Source: Azolla caroliniana (taxonomy: Eukaryota > Plantae > Polypodiophyta). Taken from it: 64,000 nt of DNA. The translations under genes and the position numbers were made by a program. Numbering within the stretch: position 1 is the stretch's first letter; each line of letters begins with the position of its first letter. The notes beneath the pieces were generated by a model that made no database searches, was not told where the DNA came from, and saw nothing but the letters and a program-made list of their open reading frames with translations. The stretch lies in the NCBI GenBank assembly GCA_043228905.1, contig JBHGNT010000008.1:17794001-17858000 (forward strand), given 5' to 3'. This document shows, in pieces, positions 54,544 through 64,000 of the stretch.

Positions 54544-55096
54544 TGTGTGTGTGTGTCAATGTCGTGTTTGTAGAGGAGCGATGAGGTCCGTGAATGGATG
54601 GACGAGGGACGAGGCAACGTTTTGTTCAATTGAAAACGTTGTATAGAGAAATCATGAGGGAGAATTGTAAATCTGCCGAAAGAAAGAAAGAAAAAGTAAA
54701 AGCCTTCAATTAATTGATTGGGGAAGGAGGCATCATTCTCTCTCTCTCTCCCTTTCTCTCTCTCTTCTCATCACATCAGTTGTGAGTCTGGTCTCTAGTA
54801 CATAGGATGCACGAATCCATAATGTTATTGCACATTGTCGCCACCTATATTATGGAGTTGTTTGAAGTATGTCACACTTTGTTAATCCTTAGGGCCGGAC
54901 AACAACCTAACATCGGGTGTCCACTTAAGACACTTCACCAAAGGGTGTTACGGCGAGATAACTTACGACACAACGCTTAATTGGACCTTAATCGGTTACC
55001 TAGCAATACATCATTAACACGCGTAAGATATATAAGCACAGTCCATCATCACACGAAGCTCTCGTCAATCAAGCGTTTGGTCTTGTGTAGCCAAGA

Positions 55097-58000
55097 CTAG
55101 AGGATGCACTGGATCCGTTCCATTCCCATCTCTGATTTGTTCTCCGCGGCTTGTCGTTCCTCTTTCAATTGCTTGATGATTCTGACCGTGTCCGCCTCCT
55201 GCTCCCTATAATGCGACAATTGACTCTGATAGGTTGTTTGCAACCTCTGTAACACCATTGTCGCCCTCTCCTTTTCTTCATTGTGCTGCTTGTGGAGCTC
55301 CATCCGGTCCCTCGCCGCTTCCTCCAATAGCTTTGTATTCTCAGCCCGTTCGTCGGTCAGTGCCGTTGTGGCCCTATCAACTTCCTACCAAGAGCTCGGC
55401 CATCCTTTCCTGTTCTTGCTTATACTCTGTGTCCAAGCTCTTAAAGTTCCGGTGCAGGTGGTCGAAGTCCTCTGTCTTCTGCTTCAGCCTCTGGTTGATT
55501 TGCCGGCGAGCGCGGTCTTCTCAGTCCTTTTGTTGACGGAGTTCTTCTTTCAGCGTTTCAATTTCCGTTTCTCCCATCCGTCGTAAGGTTGATGCCCTTT
55601 CCGCAGATTTTCTTCTACTCGGCGGAGGTTTTCAGCAGTCTTGTTTAACTCCTCTTCTGCCGCTTTCTTCAAATCTCGTTCGCGGCTCCGTAGTGCTTCT
55701 TGTGTGGCAAGTTCGTCCCTGAATTCAGCAAGCTCTTGGACTTGCGCTGTATCTTTCTCCCGGACGATTTTTGTCTCTGGGGTCTTATTCGTATGTACAG
55801 GCGTGGTTGTTTCTTTATTCTGTACATCCACCGGAGTCACCGGTGCTTGGATCTGTGTTGCGGTTAAGGCCATTTTGGCCATGTCTTCTATGACCTAATC
55901 CAAGTCTTATTCAAGGCACCGGATCCTTGACTGGGCCGTCTCTAGTTCATCGGTTGTGACTAGCAACCGTTCTATCTGCGCTCGTTCTTTCGTCTCTACA
56001 TACAGTATCACTCCGGCAACCTGCTCTCCTATCCACCGGAGCCATTGGCTGCCAGTACCCTGTTGTTGCGTCTGCATGGAGGGTTGGCTGATGGGTTCAC
56101 TTGCTAGTGGCCGGTCCCGCCTAACTGCGTCGAGCTGCACTTCATGCTCTGCCTGCTGACCACTTTGCCGTTCGGGTTCCGGTTGTGTTTCAGCTTGTTC
56201 TTGGCCGGTTGAGGAAGGTGGCACATGCCTTACCGGCGCTTGAGTTTCGGGGCTCGCCGGTATTGCCTGTTGTGCAGGGGCTTCTGAGACCGGCTCCATC
56301 CGAACTGGTTTGGTTCCTCCCTTGGCGTTGTCGTGAAGTACGAAAGCTTCACATTAAAAGTCTACAATACAATAAGATAAATACGTAACCAAAATAACAT
56401 TTGATAATGTTTTATATATAAAGATAATATTAACAACACATATGATAATATTAGATATATATGTAAAGAAAACTAATATATATATATAGATAAATATATT
56501 ATATTACACGAACAAGAGAGGACTTGAACCAATAACCCCACCCTATGACTCTCAAATCTTACCATTTACTCTATACTAGTAATATATATAAAACAAAACA
56601 TACTTTATATATACTATATATTACATAAAGGATTTGCTTCATGATATAAAAATAAAGTTGTATGTTGTATTCAATAGTATTTTGAGACTCAAACCCACAA
56701 CGTCATACACCAAAGTCAACACACCTACCATTAGGCTAGGTCCTTTCTCCTTAAAATTATATTTTCATGTTTATTGTTATTGCATATATTGTTTCATACA
56801 TAAAAGCTCAAATGAGCGAGATGTTTATCATGCATCACATGTAATGCATGAACGCCAAATGGCGATCATGCATCACATGCATGTCTTGTACCCTCCAATG
56901 CATCATATGCATGGGGGCACCTATTTAAAGGGTGAAAGAGGAGATCAAAGGGAGATGTGTATGAGATATCAATCAAATATATATTACATAAGAGATACCA
57001 TAAAATAGAGAAAGAAAGGAAAAAGTTCAAGATAAAGGTGGAGCTCTAGCTTGGCGGTCGTGGTGGTCAACTCTCAACAAGAGGGAGGCGGTTCAAGCCT
57101 TATCTTCATCAAAATATTGAAGTGAAGATTGTAGTGGTCTAAGATCAAGAAAGAGAAGAGCGATTACCTTGCAAGACAAAGTTCGGAGGTTCAACGACGT
57201 GCACAATCATTTTGTAACTCTTTCATGAAAATGATTATAAATTTGATACACTTTCTCATATATTATTTTATAGCTTATCTTGTCTTATCTTATATTCCTT
57301 AAAAATCCTATTTTGTCATATCTTATTGATCTCTATTCACCCCATCTCTACTCTTTCGTCTCTTCCGTCCATAATCCCAGTGATTCCTTCCTCACTTTCA
57401 CGTTATCCTTTATGTGCGCAACGGTACGCTTCTAGGCGAGCCACGTCACGACAACGTGGGATTCTCAGTGTGGGGTAAAGGTGTTCCATCCTTCTGTGGG
57501 TCCGAACGCTTCCTGGCTGATTCTGCGGTGCTCGTCGTCAACCACCGTTGGAGGTTGTCCATAAGTTCTTCCTCTGTTTCCTCCTCCTGAGTTCCGACAT
57601 TCATTCTTGCCGCCAGGGTGTCCGTTTCTTGCTGCACCGGTCGGCGGAGTGTGCTCTTCAGGGGCCGTGCCGGTGTCTCCTCCTGCGTGTCCGTCGGCTG
57701 CTTCCGGATGGCGTGCTCCTTCGCCGCCTGTTTCGTGTCGGCTGTCTTCCCCTTAGTGGTCTTGGTGGCCAACAAATGTTGTCGTTTTGAAGCAGCTTTC
57801 GGGGTGCCGTCCATTGCTCTTCCCCGCTTCTTGGTCTGGACGAGCTCGACAGGTGGCGCCAATAGGGTGAGCTATTGCGCCACCGCATGCCATATTTTGC
57901 GGCCTTCTTTGGCTTGCTTACCTCTAACGGTGTCAATAGCCGCACACAATCCGTCGGCGATCAACACCGGCGAATCCACCTTGACCCCTTCGTATGTTGC

Positions 58001-58403
58001 AATGATCAACCCTGCTCGGTTCTGAGGCATGACGGGGGGTCGAGGGTATACATGGCCGAACTCATGGAGTACACGGGAAATTTCTCGGAATAACATATCT
58101 TCTCCGCCCTGTGTCCTGTAGCCCTTGCTAGCCAGAGAATAGTCGCCAAAGTATTTGATGAGCCGTTTGGAGGTAGGGTTGTCAATCGTATAGATGCCCC
58201 CCTCCGGAAGGCCTGTTAGTGCACAAATCGCTTCCTCTGTGATCAGCTCGGTGTCAATTTCTTTGATGATCTTGTCGGCTTCTCTGTGTGGTGGTGCTTC
58301 CATGATTGTGAGGAACCCCTCCAATCCCTGTTGTCGTAGCCATTTCTTGGCGGCCTCAGAGAGAGTCTGGCAGTCCATGTCTGCGTCGAGGTCGGACAAC
58401 GTT
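55097..58403 (-). pseudogene. Decayed TE accessory ORF: PMD/plant-transposon-protein-like N-terminus, low-complexity linker, coiled-coil C-terminus
   Basis: Collinear minus-strand ORF pieces (57872, 57446, 55907, 55550, 55097). ITEEAICALTGLPEGG resembles the plant mobile domain motif. E/K/R/Q-rich heptads. Family assignment is inference. Confidence 0.5.
56329..57453 (+). mobile_element. Solo LTR-like insertion (1125 bp, AT-rich)
   Basis: Termini TGTCGTGA...TCACGACA, near-TSD GCGT/ACGT, CTATTTAAAG TATA-like box at ~56921. It splits the GC-rich ORF. Confidence 0.78.
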
Positions 58404-58503
58404 NNNNNNNNNNNNNNNNNNNNNNNNNNNNNNNNNNNNNNNNNNNNNNNNNNNNNNNNNNNNNNNNNNNNNNNNNNNNNNNNNNNNNNNNNNNNNNNNN
58501 NNN
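58404..58503. other. Assembly gap (100 N)
   Basis: Run of N, true size unknown. Confidence 0.99.
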
Positions 58504-58975
58504 ATCTGCTGCTGCCGACGACGCCGCCTGTTGTCGCTGCTGCTGCTGACGCCGCCGTCGCCTGCTGCCGTCGTCGCCGTCGTCTGTCGACGGTCGTCGT
58601 CGTCTGCTGCCGCCGTCTGCCGTCTGCCGTCTGCCGACTGTTGCCTGCTGCTGCCTCCGTTTTCTGCTGCTGACGTCTGCAGACTGCCGCCGTCGTCTGC
58701 AACTACTGTCTGCTGCCACCGTCGTCTGCAACTGCTGTCTGCTGCCGTCGTCGTCTGCAACCGCTGTCAGCCGCCGTCTGCTGCCGCTGCCGACTGTCGC
58801 CGTCCGCCGTCGTCTGACGTTTAACGTCTGCCGCCATCGCCGTCGTCTGACATCTAACGTTTGCCGCCGTCGCCGTCGTCGTCGGTTCTTGGCCATCGTC
58901 GTCACCCGTCGCTGTTGTGGGAAATCGGTGCCCTTGTCGCCGTCGTTGTTGTCATCGGTGTCGACCGTCGCTATC
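58504..58975. repeat. GC-rich low-complexity (GCC/GTC/TGC)n tract, possibly LINE 5' UTR
   Basis: Degenerate triplet repeats immediately upstream of ORF1. Confidence 0.7.
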
Positions 58976-59115
58976 ACCTACACTTCTTACGGCGTCGTGA
59001 CGAGAGAGTACAAATGTGCTTCTACACTTGTACCTAGCGCGCAAGACATTGATGCTCGGCTAAGTTTTTTCTGCCCTTTTTGACTTTTTCTTTCGTTTAT
59101 TCTTTGAATTACAAC

Positions 59116-59907
59116 ATGACTTCTCGACGAAACCATAAGGAAACACACGACGAAATGATAAGTAAGGAAGAATTTTTAGATGTCCTTAACCGGTTAGTAA
59201 AATTTGAAAAATGGGCGAAAGAAATTGAAGCTGAAAAACAAAAAGATAAGGAAGAAAAAGAACTACTTTTTGCGGAAATAGCGAAACTTAAGGTAGACAA
59301 TGTGAACCTCCGAAAACAAGTTAAAGACCTCGAGATATCTAGGGAAGATGGTGAAATATCTTCCCTAGAGGATATTAAGGACGAGATAAAAAAGGTTAAA
59401 GAAGAGGTTAAAAGTGATATGGAATTAGCTAAAACTGGGTGGGTTGATGTAGTAAAACGTAATATTAAAAAAGAACTAAAGGATGAAAACATTGTAAACA
59501 CCACCCTCGAGGAAGAAAAAATGCGTCACGCTCGACGCCTAAATGTACGAGTTACTGGGCTCAAGGAAGGGGCATCTCCGGATGAAGATGCACAAACATT
59601 AGGGAAAATGTTAGGGTACGAAGCCCTACCAATCACTAAAACCTGGAGGGTAGGGCGTGACACAACTAGGAAAAGAGCTTTAGTCCTTCAGTTTAAGGAC
59701 TCAGAATCTAGAATCGCCTTTTTTAAAAAGAGACCAATTCTTCGAGGCTTGGGCGGGGAGCCTATCTACCTCGATGAAGACTTGACCAAGATGCAAATTG
59801 AGCATCGTAAAACTTGTATGCCGCGAGTCATACAAGCTCGTAAAGAGGGGCATCGTGCTTTCTACCGGGACGGACGTGTCATAATAAATGATCGTGCCGC
59901 CAATTGA
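59116..59907 (+). CDS. LINE ORF1p (coiled coil + RRM/CTD-like, L1/CR1-type)
   Basis: First ATG at 59116. E/K-rich coiled coil, then RRLNVRVTGLKE and IYLDEDLT motifs. Confidence 0.85.
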   Translation: MTSRRNHKETHDEMISKEEFLDVLNRLVKFEKWAKEIEAEKQKDKEEKELLFAEIAKLKVDNVNLRKQVKDLEISREDGEISSLEDIKDEIKKVKEEVKSDMELAKTGWVDVVKRNIKKELKDENIVNTTLEEEKMRHARRLNVRVTGLKEGASPDEDAQTLGKMLGYEALPITKTWRVGRDTTRKRALVLQFKDSESRIAFFKKRPILRGLGGEPIYLDEDLTKMQIEHRKTCMPRVIQARKEGHRAFYRDGRVIINDRAAN

Positions 59908-59913
59908 CGGCGT

Positions 59914-62900
59914 GTGGCCCATGTGACAGATAATAAACTTAGGATCACTTTATGGAACTGTAACGGCGCACTTTGGACACATCCTGGCCGTCTAGAGGAG
60001 ATTTTGAAAGTATCTGATATACTTTTTGTAGTAGAAACCCATCAAAGCCCAAATCGAGGACTGCCACGAGTTGACGGTTTTCGTTGGGAATCTGTCTTTA
60101 GACAAACCTCACGTCGACACACTACTAGAGGGTCTGGGGGGGTTGCGATATTATTTCGGAAAGAGATAAATAATAGGATAGAAATACTAAAGTCAGACCC
60201 AGAAGCCCGTTTTATGTGGGTGAAAGTCCTCACCAGTAAGGATCAGGTGATATTTATCGCAGTTTGTTACTTCCCCCCGAAAGGGTCCCGCTACAATATG
60301 GCTGGAGAGGCGAGTATAGTTGATGAAGGAACGCCACATGGGCCTTCTCCATACGAACCTTTGTCGGATGACATAATCCGATATTCTTCTCAAGGGGAAG
60401 TCTTCCTGGTAGGAGATTTCAATGCGAGAACCCAGTCCCGACAATGCACAATATTTCAGATGGATAGAAACCTAGAAATGGTTAATGTCGACCCTTTAGC
60501 CTTAGGCATAACACGTACATCGAAGGATCAAGGTGCGGATGCCACAAGCTTTGGCCATCATCTGCTTGAACTTGGAAGCCGACACCAGATGATCATATAT
60601 AATGGCTTAGCCAAGTGGCCGGGCTCGGAAGAGCTCACATGTTTCCCACATGGAGGAGGGGAAAGCACCGTTGATTATCTAATAGGACGCCCTGAAGCTA
60701 CCCACATGGTTAGCTCCTTCCGGGTGGCCCCATGCCCCATTGGGGCAGACCATACCTTCCTATACTTTGAGCTAAAATGTGACACCTCCCACACCACCAA
60801 CTCTAGTAAACCAACCCATCACACTATAATACATTTCACGCATGAGCTCGCGGACATCTACTCTCGACATGTTCAAGCCCATCTTTCCTCGTTTGATTCT
60901 TCCTTGCCTTTAGAGAACCTCACTACAGACCTCACACACATCCTTCACTCAGCCGCCACTAGTAGCTTCCCATACACGAAAGACTCCAATCATAGTAGAA
61001 TAGGGTCTATGCCACAAAACAAGTGGTATGACGAGGATTGTAGAGAGTTGTATAGACAACTTAAAGTATCGCGACTCAGTGGTACTATCTCCTTAGTACA
61101 GGCTCGCAAAGAGATGCGCAAGATGACACGTCGTAAAAGACGAGCTTGGGAAGCATCTCAATATTGGGAACTCTACCATATGCTCATGAGTAGGGATTGT
61201 GCCCTTGCATGGAAGAGACTACGGGAACCGAGACCACAAACACCCATCGAGGATCCCAATATTTGGCACACATATACCGAGAGACTCTACCATGTCCCGA
61301 ACCAACCACCCATTCCAATGCCCTCCACACCTCGACCTACCATGGGGACACTTTTCACGACCTCTAGGGTCACGAAGGTCATAAAAAAATTACAACATAG
61401 GAAATCCATGGACCACACAGGATTGCGAGCCGAGCACATCATATATGCTCGAGAGTGCCTAGCTCCCCTTCTCACTCTAATCTTCAACCGCGCCCTCGCC
61501 GAGGGTTTTCCACCACAATGGGCCATGAACACTGTGGCCCCTATACATAAAGGAGGGGACCCAATGGACCCAAATACATATAGGACCATTATGATAGGTC
61601 ATACGCTTGCTAAACTATATGGTGCAGTAATGGAAGCGGAGCTCAGTGATTATATGGAAACATTAAGTCTTCGAGCACCTGAGCAGGCTGGCTTTAGACG
61701 AGCCTTCTCCACTATTGACCACATCTTCACACTTAGGTGCTTAATTGACCAAACAAAGGCTCGTAAGAAGAAACTATATTGTTGCTTTGTGGACTTTCGC
61801 AAAGCCTTTGATACAGTACCTAGGGAGAGGTTGTTTGATAGACTTAAGAGCTTGGAGATACCAAATGACATGATTTGGGCCATTTATGCCCTATATGAGC
61901 AAGTCTATGGGCGCGTAAGATGCCCAGGTGGCCTATCCGATTGTTTCACTAGCACCATTGGTGTAAAACAGGGTTGCCCCCTATCACCGACTCTTTTTGG
62001 GATCTACATTGATGAGATCACTGATTTTATTGCTCGTAAGGGAGGCAAAGGAGTGGCTATTGGGGATACGCAAGTTAGTCTCTTACTCTACGCAGACGAC
62101 ATTGTCTTGCTCTCGGAGTCGGAACACGACCTACAAAAGCATCTTAATGCCCTAGATGACTTTTGTACACAACGAGGACTGGTAGTGAATCTAGCGAAAA
62201 CTAAAGTCCTTATCTTTCATACATCGTCCAGAGTTAGGAGTAAATGTCACCTCATCCTCTCTCATAAACTAGTTGAGGTGGTGGGATCTTATGTATACTT
62301 GGGAGTCACTTTTAGTGCTCGCTCAGGTAAATTCTCGATGACCCAGGCAGCCAAAGATAGGCTAACGAGAGGATATGCATCCCTCTCACTCTTAGAGAGA
62401 CAATGCCACCAAGCATACTTTCAAGAGCCACGGACTAAGGGATGGCTTTTCGACTCATTAGTGACCCCGTCCCTCATGTATGCATCAGTAGTATGGGCTC
62501 CAGGTCTACCATCTTTCATGTGGACGCAATTGGAGAGACCTTTAGTGGTGATGTTATCACGTCAACTCCGAAGCAAATCGACAGTACCACATGACATTAT
62601 TAGAGCGGAGTTTAGCCTACCCCCGATGTTAGTAGAAGCACTCTTTCAAGTGGTAGCTTTTATTCATCGGATACATAGTCAACCACAAGATAGGATATCC
62701 CGTCGAGCCTTTGAGGCATCCCGATCCTTACATGTGTCTGGAGACACCAACTCTTGGTACAGCATTGTGGTGAGTTGGTTATTTGCAAATGGCATAGACA
62801 TTAATAACCTACCTCCCCTTAAGTACAACCATGGGACTGATCAAACTTTAATCTCTCGTGAAGATCGTAATAAAGTGATACGCCAAGAAATATGGCAAAT

Positions 62901-63660
62901 CTACACTCGATACAAATGGATCACCCCACGAGAGCCACTCCCATCTAAAATGGTGTACTATAAGGAACACTTCTTGCACTTCTCTAAGTTAGGGTTTATT
63001 ACACGACCAAGATACCTAGATACTTTCTTATCAAATGCACTAAGGGTGGCCATTGGACAACTTAGGATATCATCTCACCAACTTGAGATTGAGAATGGTC
63101 GAGCTAATAGAGTCCCTAGAGAGGAAAGGCTATGTAGGTTATGCCACATAGAGATAGAGGATGAGTATCACTTCACATGCAAGTGCCCAACTTATGCCGA
63201 GATACGGGCGGAATACCAAGACATACTAGGACCCTCTCCCACCCTCTCCAAACTATTAGATACCCCGAGTGTAAAGAGACTAGGTAGGTATATCTTAGAG
63301 CTAAAACAACATAGGGAGGATAAATTACAAAGTGTTAATCATAACCCTTTTACTACTCATCAACATGTACCTAGTGTAATTTTTCAGGAACATGGGGAGA
63401 CGATGAATGTGGATACACTTATGCCGCTCGGCCTCTCCCTTGAGGAAGCAGAAATACAAAGAGCAACCAAACGTCCTCGGATGTTGGGCTTCAACACAAG
63501 TCAACGTGGAGTAGAAAAGATTAAGAAGATAAGGGAACGTGAGCTACGTCGACTCGAAGCTATGGTTGGGGTACCTCTTACATGGGGACCACGGGCCACA
63601 TCCACATCATGGCAACCCTTTGACCCCCCGCTTCTCTTCAAGAGACTTGGATGGAAATGA
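59914..63660 (+). CDS. LINE ORF2p: APE endonuclease, reverse transcriptase, C-terminal CCHC; no AUG before the endonuclease
   Basis: 1248 open codons. Motifs WNCNG, VETH, GGVAIL, GDFNA, STVDY, ADH, EQAGFR, FVDFRKAFDTV, GVKQGCPLSPTLF, YADD, CRLC-x7-HFTCKC. Confidence 0.95.
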   Translation: MAHVTDNKLRITLWNCNGALWTHPGRLEEILKVSDILFVVETHQSPNRGLPRVDGFRWESVFRQTSRRHTTRGSGGVAILFRKEINNRIEILKSDPEARFMWVKVLTSKDQVIFIAVCYFPPKGSRYNMAGEASIVDEGTPHGPSPYEPLSDDIIRYSSQGEVFLVGDFNARTQSRQCTIFQMDRNLEMVNVDPLALGITRTSKDQGADATSFGHHLLELGSRHQMIIYNGLAKWPGSEELTCFPHGGGESTVDYLIGRPEATHMVSSFRVAPCPIGADHTFLYFELKCDTSHTTNSSKPTHHTIIHFTHELADIYSRHVQAHLSSFDSSLPLENLTTDLTHILHSAATSSFPYTKDSNHSRIGSMPQNKWYDEDCRELYRQLKVSRLSGTISLVQARKEMRKMTRRKRRAWEASQYWELYHMLMSRDCALAWKRLREPRPQTPIEDPNIWHTYTERLYHVPNQPPIPMPSTPRPTMGTLFTTSRVTKVIKKLQHRKSMDHTGLRAEHIIYARECLAPLLTLIFNRALAEGFPPQWAMNTVAPIHKGGDPMDPNTYRTIMIGHTLAKLYGAVMEAELSDYMETLSLRAPEQAGFRRAFSTIDHIFTLRCLIDQTKARKKKLYCCFVDFRKAFDTVPRERLFDRLKSLEIPNDMIWAIYALYEQVYGRVRCPGGLSDCFTSTIGVKQGCPLSPTLFGIYIDEITDFIARKGGKGVAIGDTQVSLLLYADDIVLLSESEHDLQKHLNALDDFCTQRGLVVNLAKTKVLIFHTSSRVRSKCHLILSHKLVEVVGSYVYLGVTFSARSGKFSMTQAAKDRLTRGYASLSLLERQCHQAYFQEPRTKGWLFDSLVTPSLMYASVVWAPGLPSFMWTQLERPLVVMLSRQLRSKSTVPHDIIRAEFSLPPMLVEALFQVVAFIHRIHSQPQDRISRRAFEASRSLHVSGDTNSWYSIVVSWLFANGIDINNLPPLKYNHGTDQTLISREDRNKVIRQEIWQIYTRYKWITPREPLPSKMVYYKEHFLHFSKLGFITRPRYLDTFLSNALRVAIGQLRISSHQLEIENGRANRVPREERLCRLCHIEIEDEYHFTCKCPTYAEIRAEYQDILGPSPTLSKLLDTPSVKRLGRYILELKQHREDKLQSVNHNPFTTHQHVPSVIFQEHGETMNVDTLMPLGLSLEEAEIQRATKRPRMLGFNTSQRGVEKIKKIRERELRRLEAMVGVPLTWGPRATSTSWQPFDPPLLFKRLGWK

Positions 63661-63860
63661 AATTAGGCCTAGTATAGAATCATTCTCATTGTAGAACATG
63701 TTTTTTATATACAACATGTTTGTTGTTTTCTTAGAACTATTTAGCTTAAACTCTATTTTATCTTATTTTTATTTTTACTTTCGATGAATGGGTAAATATC
63801 CCATTTTTGTTGTACACCATTTGTCTCATGGGCCAATTTTGGCCTTAGAAGACGTTAATA

Positions 63861-63897
<37 letters not shown>

Positions 63898-64000
63898 CTC
63901 TCTCGCATGGATGTGCGCACAAGACCACATCGCCTTTATACCTTAGGGATCTTATGGGGCATTTCTAGCACCATACCCTTTTCCCCTATTATTATTACAA

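Larger units (their letters stand above)
44380..54879 (-). repeat. ~2.17-kb tandem unit carrying U5 gene, copia-type LTR remnant and (AT)n(AG)n microsatellites; ~4-5 partly deleted copies
   Basis: Marker AAAGCCATT recurs at ~44382, 49809, 51330 and 53500. Internal ~179-bp duplication. Repeated ORF-track peptides. Confidence 0.88.
58980..63896 (+). mobile_element. Non-LTR retrotransposon (LINE), RTEX-like, apparently intact; 5' end uncertain
   Basis: ORF1 + APE-RT-Zn ORF2, short 3' UTR and (TTTC)n tail at ~63863-63896. Confidence 0.92.

Noticed and set aside
54880-55019. TGTTAAT...ATTAACA 140-bp segment as a mini solo LTR
   Set aside because: No TSD, and the U5 unit does not resume after it. 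It is more likely a rearrangement junction.
58243-58977. Long R/T/A-rich ORFs spanning the gap
   Set aside because: Artefacts of Ns and GC-rich triplet repeats.

Overview
Gene-poor, repeat-rich land-plant nuclear DNA (plant-type tRNA-Trp, USE/TATA-driven U5 snRNA genes, tRNA-iMet-primed copia). No host protein-coding gene is supportable. (1) 2.0-39.5 kb is a tRNA-Trp(CCA)-derived tandem array. A ~265-bp ancestral monomer is organised as a 5-monomer higher-order unit (~1.16-1.26 kb) holding one intact or near-intact tRNA gene, four decayed copies and a 32-bp VNTR. About 15 near-identical units lie at 7.3-25.2 kb, and older units are interrupted by copia and gypsy elements. (2) 41-54.9 kb is a U5 snRNA gene cluster: two + copies, then - copies in a ~2.17-kb tandem unit, with USE-TATA spacing of only 22-23 nt. 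(3) 55-58.4 kb is a decayed TE accessory ORF split by a solo LTR that contains three tRNA-like A/B-box modules. (4) After a 100-N gap lies an apparently intact RTEX-like LINE whose ORF1 and AUG-less ORF2 are in frame and separated by a single UGA-CGG, a classic readthrough context. All alignments were done by eye and no searches were run.
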